A DNA stretch of 64,000 nucleotides from Bacilli bacterium (GTDB lineage Bacteria; Bacillota_I; Bacilli_A; ML615J-28; CAG-698), in NCBI GenBank assembly GCA_017450215.1, contig JAFSVH010000014.1, positions 473 to 64,472 on the forward strand, written 5' to 3'. Numbering within the stretch: the stretch's first letter is position 1; each line of letters opens with the position of its first letter. A model generated the notes under the pieces. It saw only the letters and a list, made by a program, of their open reading frames with translations. It had not been told where the DNA came from and made no database searches. Shown piece by piece: positions 58,201 to 64,000 of the stretch. A program made the translations under genes and the position numbers.

Positions 58201-58794
58201 TCTATCTAATAATTTATCAAATACTGCATAATCCATAACTTCTACTTTTTGAATTTCATGACTTGTTCTAAATCCATCAAAGAAATGTAAGAATGGAATA
58301 CTAGATTTGATTGATGCTAAATGAGCAACACCAGCTAAGTCCATAATTTCTTGAACACTTGAAGTTGCAAGCATAGCATAACCTGTTTGACGACATGCCA
58401 TAACGTCTTGATGATCACCAAAAATTGATAATGCATGAGTAGCAAGAGATCTTGCTGAAACATGGATAACATTTGGTAATAATTCACCAGCGATCTTGTA
58501 CATGTTAGGAATCTTTAATAATAATCCTTGTGAAGCAGTGTAAGTAGTAGTTAAAGCACCTGCTTGTAATGAACCATGAACTGATCCAGCTGCTCCTGCT
58601 TCTGATTCCATTTCAACAACCTTAACAGGTGTACCAAATAAGTTTTTAACAGTTCCTTTACTTGCCCAGTCATCAGTATATTCAGCCATTGGGCTAGAAG
58701 GAGTGATAGGATAAATACAAGCTACTTCAGTAAAAGCATATGAGGCCCAAGCTGCAGCTTGATTTCCATCCATTGATTGAAATTTTTTTGCCAT
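55219..58794 (-). CDS. nifJ: pyruvate:ferredoxin (flavodoxin) oxidoreductase
   Basis: About 1190 aa from the ATG at 58794 (GGAGG RBS). Two ferredoxin-type clusters CIQCNLCSFSCP and CTGCGVCVNQCP. TPP-binding GGDGWAYDIGYGGLDH block. Confidence 0.95.
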   Translation of the reverse strand: MAKKFQSMDGNQAAAWASYAFTEVACIYPITPSSPMAEYTDDWASKGTVKNLFGTPVKVVEMESEAGAAGSVHGSLQAGALTTTYTASQGLLLKIPNMYKIAGELLPNVIHVSARSLATHALSIFGDHQDVMACRQTGYAMLATSSVQEIMDLAGVAHLASIKSSIPFLHFFDGFRTSHEIQKVEVMDYAVFDKLLDREAVKKFRDRALNPNNPVEKGSAQNDDVYFQGREAQNKYYEKVADVVSFYMDEISKATGREYHPFNYYGAKDATDVIISMGSVNECINEVVDYKVARGEKVGAINVHLYRPFSVEYLLKVLPKTVKRIAVLDRTKENGALGEPLYLDVKAAFYGVEDAPLIVGGRYGLSSKDTTPAQIFAVYKNLTLAEPKDHFTIGINDDVTFLSLPLEEEINVAGEKASQLIFWGLGSDGTVGANKSTIKLIGDNTDNYAQAYFAYDSKKSGGVTRSHLRFSPDPIRSTYLVTTADFVSCSLDTYCEKYDMLSQLKDGGTFLLNSTKPVDELVEFLPNSFKAMLAKKHAKFFLIDAIDLAREIGLGNRTNTIMQSAFFKLNEQIMPYETAQELMKKYAYKSYAKKGDAIVQLNYTAIDKGAEGLIEVEVKPEWANLPKEEKKEREDLPEFIKKIANPINAVKGYDLPVSAFLGYEDGKMISGTTAYEKREISTFVPKWDSTSCIQCNLCSFSCPHAVIRPFLVNAEEEAKAPKSTQYLKAVGKGLESVKFTIAISAADCTGCGVCVNQCPGKKQADGTVKKALSLVNVDELHHEGVYKDSEYFFNNVSYKTDLVDITANPKNSQFAQPLFEFSGACGGCGETPYVKLITQLFGDRMIVANATGCSSIYGGSYPASPYCKNEEGHGPAWANSLFEDNAEFGFGMRMATETLRSRVQDGMEKLVESGDEKVAELAKLWIENRKSGEVTKKVAKEIVPLLEGKEYAGAKEVLELKDYIVKRSQWIIGGDGWAYDIGYGGLDHVIANQEDVNILVIDTEVYSNTGGQASKSSPTAAIAKFAASGKAGKKKDLAAIAMSYGHVYVAYIAHGASPAQMLKAIKEAESYDGPSIIIAYAPCINHGLKVKGNMAKSQEQAKLAVECGYWTLLRFDPRLAEQGKNPLQIDSKEPDWDKYNDHLMTETRYAQLTSVNPDKAAYLLQVNKAEAQRRYRMYQRYLAMDYSGEAK

Positions 58795-58883
58795 TTTATT
58801 TTTCCTCCGTATAATCCATAAAAACAATAGCACCAAAATTACTTGGTTTGTTTATTATAGGTTTCTTAAAACCATACGCAACC

Positions 58884-58912
58884 ATTATACTATATCAAAC
58901 CTAAAAAGTTAA
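58884..58912 (-). promoter_or_regulatory. promoter of nifJ
   Basis: Minus strand TTAACT, 17-nt spacer, TATAAT, about 90 nt upstream of the ATG. Confidence 0.45.
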
Positions 58913-58940
58913 GTATTTTTTAAAAATCATATTTCAAAAG

Positions 58941-58966
58941 AAAAAAGGGACATTGTTTATGTCCCC
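58941..58966 (-). terminator. terminator downstream of the GH18 lipoprotein gene
   Basis: Minus strand GGGACAT-AAACA-ATGTCCC followed by TTTTTT. Confidence 0.65.
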
Positions 58967-58980
58967 TTTTGAATTCAAAA

Positions 58981-61362
58981 TTATTTCAAAATAGATAATT
59001 TTGAATGAATTGCTTCAATCAATTCACCAGTAGAATCACTACCATAATCCCACCACATAATACCTGCAACACCTTTAGAAACAACATAATCACATTTTGC
59101 TTCTAATGATCTAGGATTATCATATGTAATGAATGTATTACTAGCAGTATCATAACAATATGCAGCATAAGCTTTACTATCCCAATATTCTTTACATGTT
59201 GATAAAGACAAATAACTATTCTTAACTCCACCATAAGTAATAGATACCCACTTTGAATCTGTAGCTGGTGATACATTCAAATAATTACTTCCAGATATCT
59301 TTCTAGTTTCTATCATTCTTCCGTAGAAAGCAGCACCAATAACAATCTTATTTAGTGGTACACCTAATGATTTACCATTAAAGTTATTAACTGTTTCATT
59401 AATGCTACAACCACTAACAGTACCAGAACCAGTATTAGCATATAGTGCTGCATGATGTGTAGTATTATTACCTTGCATATCATAACTCATTAAATTGATG
59501 TAATCTAAATAATTTTGTGAATTCTTCAAATCAAAGCAAGGATATGTGTAAGGACCAGCAGGAATAGCAGATGTTACTAAATCTTCTGGGTTATTCTCCT
59601 TCACTTGCTCATATATATCTTTCATTAACAATGTATAATTTGCTTTTGATGAAGTTGTTGGATATTCCCAGTCAATATCAACACCAGCAAAGCCATATTT
59701 GTTAATAGCTTCTACAATGTTTCTAGCAAATTTTTTCCTAAGTGCAGGACTTGAAGCAATGGCTTCAAATACACTTGGATCGCTTGGAGGGCCGACTGTA
59801 ATGATAACTCTAACACCTGCATCTCTTGCAGCTTGTTTGAATTTTTCGTATGCATTAACATAGCTTACTGTTAAAACTAATTCACCATTTGCTTTAGCTT
59901 CAGCAAAAGCTAAATTAATAATATCAGCAGTTTCAAGTAATATCTCATCTACACCACGTCTACCCATATTTGCAGTATAACAATAAGATGTAATAACAGA
60001 TTTTGAAATATCTTTATATATATCTTCCTTTAATATTATATTATATGTTCCTGTAATCTTTTTACCTTGATATGTAATCTTAGATGTAATACTTACATTC
60101 AAGTTTTCTCTTGTTCTTGTAACAACACCATTACTTGCAACTTGTGGCTTATCACTAATCCATTCAATAGTAGCTCCATAGAATGGATCATTACTCAATA
60201 ATGGTAGATTTTCATATACTGTTTTACCATCTAATAGTTCCATATAATAATCTACTAATTGATTCAATGCATTATCTACTTCATTTGTTGCTTCGTTTCC
60301 AGCTACAAACTTACCATATAATGTTCTATTTGCATATTTAGCTGTATCAATACATTCTATTTTCTCACCAGTGTATTCTTTTGTTTCATACCATCCTTCA
60401 AATACAAAGCCAATCTTATCAACATTAGCATATGGTCCTTGTGAACCCATTTTATATACAACTGTTTGAATATTAGTATCACTAATATAGAATTTAGAAG
60501 AAATATATAAAATTGGATGTAATTCTATATCTTCAGTATATTTATAAATATCTGATTCAAATACTCTCTTACCATTATATTCCCAACCTATAAATGTACA
60601 ATTAATTATTGAAATAGAAGGGAAGTCGCCATATTCTGAATCATATTTAACCTTGATATTCTTTGAAGAATCAAAAGTAGCAAAGCTTACAACATATTCA
60701 TTTGGGTCAAACCAAGCATAAACAGCATTAGATCTATTAAGATTACTAAAATCAAATTCTTTTTCATGAGATGGATTAGTGTACCAACCCTTAAAAGTGT
60801 AACCTTCTTTTTCAGGTGTATATGGTTCAACTTGTGATCCTTCTACAACACTAGCAGTTTTTAATGTGATATCACCATCTTTATAAACAATATTGTATAC
60901 TTCAATTTTTTCCCAATTTGCTTCTAAGAAATGTTCAGCATCAAATGTAGCTTTATCAGTATATTCGTTTTCGTTTTCATCAAGCCATGAAATAAAGCGA
61001 TAACCATCACGATTTACTTCAGGTAAGTCAGCTTCTACACCTTTTGGAAACATTACTGAAAAATCGTCAATTCCACTTCCAGAGAAATATATTTCTACTC
61101 CATCAACCCATTTTGCTTTTAATTTAATGCTTTTTGTGATTGTTGAAGAAAAATCAAATAATGAATCATTTAAATACCAGCCTGCAAAGCATTGTCCTGC
61201 TTTAGTAGGATCAGCTGGCTTTTCAATTTTTCCACTCTCTTCTAAAACTATTTTCTCAACATTAGATCCACCATTACTGTCAAATGAAATTGTGATATTA
61301 CTGTCACATCCACATAAAACAAATAACATTATTAAACATATAAATAAAATTATTTTTTTCAT
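58981..61362 (-). CDS. lipoprotein with about five InlB B-type repeats, an Ig-like domain and a C-terminal GH18 (chitinase / endo-beta-N-acetylglucosaminidase) domain
   Basis: 793 aa. Lipobox FVLCGC. Repeats with G[WY]xFxGW..W pattern. GH18 catalytic motif FAGVDIDWEYP, plus MSYD and WWDYGSD blocks. Confidence 0.8.
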   Translation of the reverse strand: MKKIILFICLIMLFVLCGCDSNITISFDSNGGSNVEKIVLEESGKIEKPADPTKAGQCFAGWYLNDSLFDFSSTITKSIKLKAKWVDGVEIYFSGSGIDDFSVMFPKGVEADLPEVNRDGYRFISWLDENENEYTDKATFDAEHFLEANWEKIEVYNIVYKDGDITLKTASVVEGSQVEPYTPEKEGYTFKGWYTNPSHEKEFDFSNLNRSNAVYAWFDPNEYVVSFATFDSSKNIKVKYDSEYGDFPSISIINCTFIGWEYNGKRVFESDIYKYTEDIELHPILYISSKFYISDTNIQTVVYKMGSQGPYANVDKIGFVFEGWYETKEYTGEKIECIDTAKYANRTLYGKFVAGNEATNEVDNALNQLVDYYMELLDGKTVYENLPLLSNDPFYGATIEWISDKPQVASNGVVTRTRENLNVSITSKITYQGKKITGTYNIILKEDIYKDISKSVITSYCYTANMGRRGVDEILLETADIINLAFAEAKANGELVLTVSYVNAYEKFKQAARDAGVRVIITVGPPSDPSVFEAIASSPALRKKFARNIVEAINKYGFAGVDIDWEYPTTSSKANYTLLMKDIYEQVKENNPEDLVTSAIPAGPYTYPCFDLKNSQNYLDYINLMSYDMQGNNTTHHAALYANTGSGTVSGCSINETVNNFNGKSLGVPLNKIVIGAAFYGRMIETRKISGSNYLNVSPATDSKWVSITYGGVKNSYLSLSTCKEYWDSKAYAAYCYDTASNTFITYDNPRSLEAKCDYVVSKGVAGIMWWDYGSDSTGELIEAIHSKLSILK

Positions 61363-61418
61363 ATCTTCTTCTCACTTTCTTTTACCATTATACCAAAACT
61401 TTGCTTATATAACAATAA

Positions 61419-61448
61419 GATGACACTAATATTTTAATTAGTGTCATC
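61419..61448 (-). terminator. hairpin downstream of the OB-fold lipoprotein gene
   Basis: Perfect 12-bp stem gatgacactaat / attagtgtcatc with a 6-nt loop. Weak T-tract. Confidence 0.5.
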
Positions 61449-61455
61449 TAAATTA

Positions 61456-63186
61456 TTAATTTGCTGCTTCTAATATGACTTGATTAAATCCGATATTTCC
61501 TCCACCGCTCTTAACCATTTCAATTGTTACATAGCAAATATTATTTCCTTTTAATGTGAATTCTAATGTTTTTGCATTATTTATTCCAATATCACCTTGA
61601 CCAATGTTATCTGATTCACTTGATGCAACAGCTGTACCATTTACATCATATGCAGTAACTTTAATCTTAGTTGTTCCTGTTGTAGAATTATTTAAATAAT
61701 ATCTAAATGATACTTTAACACCACTCACTGCATCAAACATTGGTGATTGAATTCCTTCACCATTGTTTCTAAATGATTGCCATAATGTTGCATATGCTTT
61801 TCCTACTTTAATCCAAGTCCAACCTTCAGGTAAAACTGTACTATCTTTTGCTTGTACAGTAAAATCATAAGTTTGAGGTAAGGTTGTTGTATTATATTCG
61901 ATTTCACCTTCAAAACCAACGAATAAAACATTTAATCTAGTTCCATCACTACTTAAATCTAAAACTAAAGCATTAATTGTAACTTCACTTCCTACAACTT
62001 TATTTAATGTTTGAGTTGCAGCATCTGTTGGATAAGTAATTGAAACAACATTAGTAGCACCTGTAAATCCAATATTATAATATGTTCCATCAATAACTAA
62101 ATTACCTTTAATTAAAACATATTTACCCATTTCAGGGTTTCCAACAAAATTAACGATATTTGATGCGTCAATTAATTCTGCTTCTTCATAAACATATTGT
62201 CTTTGACCTGTTTTTTCAATTGTTGCACTTTCACCAAATTGAATTCTATTATGATAAGTTGCTAGAGCACCTTCGACTGTAACGATATCACCAGTAGTAT
62301 AAGTGAATGCAGTTTTATTCATATAAACTAAAATAGTACCTGTACTATCTTGAACTAAGAATCCTCTTGCATGTGTACCAATTACTGTACCACTAATCTT
62401 AGCACTTTCTCCAGCTTCTTTTGCTAATACTTCTTCAATTGTTTCAACTTCTAATTCGACATGTTCACCTTTTTTAACTTCATTTATAGTTGCATTATAG
62501 AATTCAAGTGTTCCATTATAATTTTTAATTGGACCAGTAATAGTAATTTCATCACCAGCGATTGGCTTATATTCAAATTCACCATATTTTTTACCATCAG
62601 CATCTAATAATCCATATACTAATAAATCATTATTACCATCAGTAATATAAACATTTCCATATGTAGTATTTTCTACTGATTTAATTGTTCCAGTAACTTT
62701 ATAAGATGTTGCTGTAGTTTCACCTTCAGCTACTGTTAAAGCTAATATACCTTCGATTGTTGTAATAACGACATCACCTGTTATAGGATCATCAGGATTG
62801 CCTTCTTGAGCCAAAACTGTAACCTTAATTGATCTAGTTAAAGAAACATCACCTTTTATTGCTTTAATTGTAATAGTTACTTCAGTATCTTCTTTTGGTC
62901 TTGTTACATGACCATCATTACTAATAACATCTTGATTATTACTTTCGATTGTCACACTTACACCTTCCAAATCGGTTCTAAAAAATGTTAAATCTTTTGT
63001 AATACCTTCAATACTATCATCTTCATCATATTCAATAGCAAAAGAGCTTAATACTTTTGCTACCGATTCTTCATCACTTTCAGTTAGAGTAGTACCACCA
63101 AATTTAAACTCACAAGCAGTTATAGCAAATAGTGAAACTATCATCACAAAAACTATAAATATAGATTTAAATAAACGCCTATTCAT
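61456..63186 (-). CDS. lipoprotein with Ig-like domain, two OB-fold-like (nuclease-associated type) modules and a C-terminal beta-sandwich-like domain
   Basis: 576 aa. Lipobox FAITAC. ITKDLTFFRT...VTITIKAI segment resembles an Ig-like domain. YKVTGTIKSVENTTYGNVYITDGNNDLLVYG and KISGTVIGTHARGFLVQDSTGTILVY resemble the OB modules at the N-termini of extracellular nucleases. No nuclease catalytic domain recognised. Confidence 0.5.
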   Translation of the reverse strand: MNRRLFKSIFIVFVMIVSLFAITACEFKFGGTTLTESDEESVAKVLSSFAIEYDEDDSIEGITKDLTFFRTDLEGVSVTIESNNQDVISNDGHVTRPKEDTEVTITIKAIKGDVSLTRSIKVTVLAQEGNPDDPITGDVVITTIEGILALTVAEGETTATSYKVTGTIKSVENTTYGNVYITDGNNDLLVYGLLDADGKKYGEFEYKPIAGDEITITGPIKNYNGTLEFYNATINEVKKGEHVELEVETIEEVLAKEAGESAKISGTVIGTHARGFLVQDSTGTILVYMNKTAFTYTTGDIVTVEGALATYHNRIQFGESATIEKTGQRQYVYEEAELIDASNIVNFVGNPEMGKYVLIKGNLVIDGTYYNIGFTGATNVVSITYPTDAATQTLNKVVGSEVTINALVLDLSSDGTRLNVLFVGFEGEIEYNTTTLPQTYDFTVQAKDSTVLPEGWTWIKVGKAYATLWQSFRNNGEGIQSPMFDAVSGVKVSFRYYLNNSTTGTTKIKVTAYDVNGTAVASSESDNIGQGDIGINNAKTLEFTLKGNNICYVTIEMVKSGGGNIGFNQVILEAAN

Positions 63187-63298
63187 TATATTCCTCCAAT
63201 ATCATTTTGATTTTAACATATTATTCTCACAATTTCAATTATTAAATTGTTTTTCTAAGAAATGTTTGGTATACTTAAATAGTGATAAGGAGATTTAT

Positions 63299-64000
63299 AT
63301 GAAGAAAAATTTATTAACTATCTTAATTATTCTATTATCTTTATTTTTGATTACTGGTTGTTTTGAAGAGGTTGACACACCAATTGATAATCCTATAGAT
63401 GACCCAATAAATACTGGTGAACCAGATGACAAAGACCCCGAAAAACCAATTGATAAAGAAATAGACATAAATAATTCAGGAAAAGTCGAAGTAAAATTAG
63501 GAATTGATTTAATAGATGATAACCTTGAAATATTTAAAGGAAAAAGAGTTGGTTTAATTACAAATGCTACTGGCGTTAATAGTAATTTCAAAAGTACAAT
63601 TGATATTCTATATGAAAAGGTAAATTTAGTTGCCTTGTTTGCTCCAGAGCATGGAATCAGAGGAGCTGCAGCAGCTGGAGAAAGCGTTGGAAATGAAGTT
63701 GACCCAGTAACAAAACTTCCTGTTTATTCACTATACGGATCCACATCAACTCCAACTCAACAAATGATGTCAAATATTGATATCATGTGTATCGATATTC
63801 AAGATGTAGGAGCAAGATTCTATACCTATATTTATACAATGGCAAGAGCAATGCAAGCATGTAAAACATATGATAAACAATTCATTGTATTTGATAGACC
63901 TAATCCTATCAGTGGATCTACTTTTGAAGGAAATATTTTAGATGTAAATTATTCTTCAGGAATAGGAATGTATCCAATTGTTCAACGTCATGGAATGACT
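63299..64000 (+). CDS. DUF1343 family lipoprotein (NamZ/YbbC-like exo-beta-N-acetylmuramidase), 3'-truncated by window end
   Basis: Not in the ORF track because it has no stop in the window. AAGGAG RBS, ATG at 63299, lipobox LITGC, acidic Pro-rich linker, then DUF1343 blocks GLITNATGVN, LFAPEHGIRG, DIQDVGARFYTYI and FDRPNP. In frame to position 64000. Confidence 0.8.
   Translation, partial: MKKNLLTILIILLSLFLITGCFEEVDTPIDNPIDDPINTGEPDDKDPEKPIDKEIDINNSGKVEVKLGIDLIDDNLEIFKGKRVGLITNATGVNSNFKSTIDILYEKVNLVALFAPEHGIRGAAAAGESVGNEVDPVTKLPVYSLYGSTSTPTQQMMSNIDIMCIDIQDVGARFYTYIYTMARAMQACKTYDKQFIVFDRPNPISGSTFEGNILDVNYSSGIGMYPIVQRHGMT

Noticed and set aside
218-61423. Short track ORFs nested in, or antisense to, long motif-bearing genes: 218-427, 542-727, 1233-1514, 1811-2053, 2510-2710, 3859-4053, 4881-5084, 8771-9082, 11008-11220, 12684-12899, 13269-13568, 14195-14386, 20724-20945, 28970-29248, 32128-32391, 34881-35138, 38003-38212, 38902-39141, 41662-41853, 50007-50219, 50605-50847, 52766-52954, 53955-54173, 54276-54542, 56388-56588, 57092-57289, 61127-61423.
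   Set aside because: Each lies entirely or mostly within a gene whose product carries clear family motifs. Their translations are low-complexity, with Ile/Leu/Phe/Ser/Lys runs typical of out-of-frame reading of AT-rich DNA. None has a convincing RBS.
63295-63591. 98-aa minus-strand ORF at the right end of the window.
   Set aside because: It is the antisense shadow of a plus-strand gene (63299 to window end). That gene has an AAGGAG RBS, a lipobox and DUF1343 blocks, and the track omits it because it has no stop in the window.
1-64000. Search for mobile elements, prophage remnants, toxin-antitoxin pairs, restriction-modification or other defence systems.
   Set aside because: I recognised no integrase, transposase, recombinase, terminal inverted repeats, phage structural genes, methyltransferase motifs or classic toxin/antitoxin folds. 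The tRNA pair shows no adjacent integration scar. The window looks like core chromosome.

Overview
Very AT-rich, gene-dense chromosomal segment of a low-GC monoderm (Bacillota). The tilS-hpt-ftsH block, a sufCDSUB operon, a Bacillus-type yabO/rqcP gene, GGAGG ribosome-binding sites and surface proteins anchored only by lipoboxes suggest a reduced-genome Mollicutes/Erysipelotrichia-like lineage. It still uses the standard code, with TGA as a stop. I call 53 protein genes (6 on the plus strand, many overlapping or separated by under 25 nt), one gene interrupted by an in-frame TGA, two tRNAs (Tyr-GUA, Gln-UUG), one 4.5S-type SRP RNA, and several near-consensus sigma-A promoters and hairpin terminators. 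Content is mostly housekeeping: queH, dusB, dut, tadA, tdk, rpmE, lysS, hslO, maf, rqcP, ftsH, hpt, tilS, suf, nifJ/PFOR. Interleaved with it is an unusually dense set of cell-wall and amino-sugar degrading enzymes and lipoproteins. I saw no transposase, integrase, phage gene, CRISPR array or recognisable defence or toxin module. I cannot point to one clear-cut novel system. The best candidates are: (1) a LysA-M19 dipeptidase fusion in a cytoplasmic operon with a beta-lactamase-fold hydrolase and a GHL10 protein; (2) an amidase_2 lipoprotein co-transcribed with two tandem NBD-FtsX fused ABC proteins carrying very large extracytoplasmic domains; (3) an ABC exporter / M6 metalloprotease / cysteine peptidase with Cys-His-rich tail / LRR lipoprotein cluster; (4) an aspartase-family protein with a mutated SS-loop signature next to a double GNAT; (5) a gene whose two halves are separated by a single in-frame TGA. 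All functional calls rest on motifs read by eye. No database search was run.
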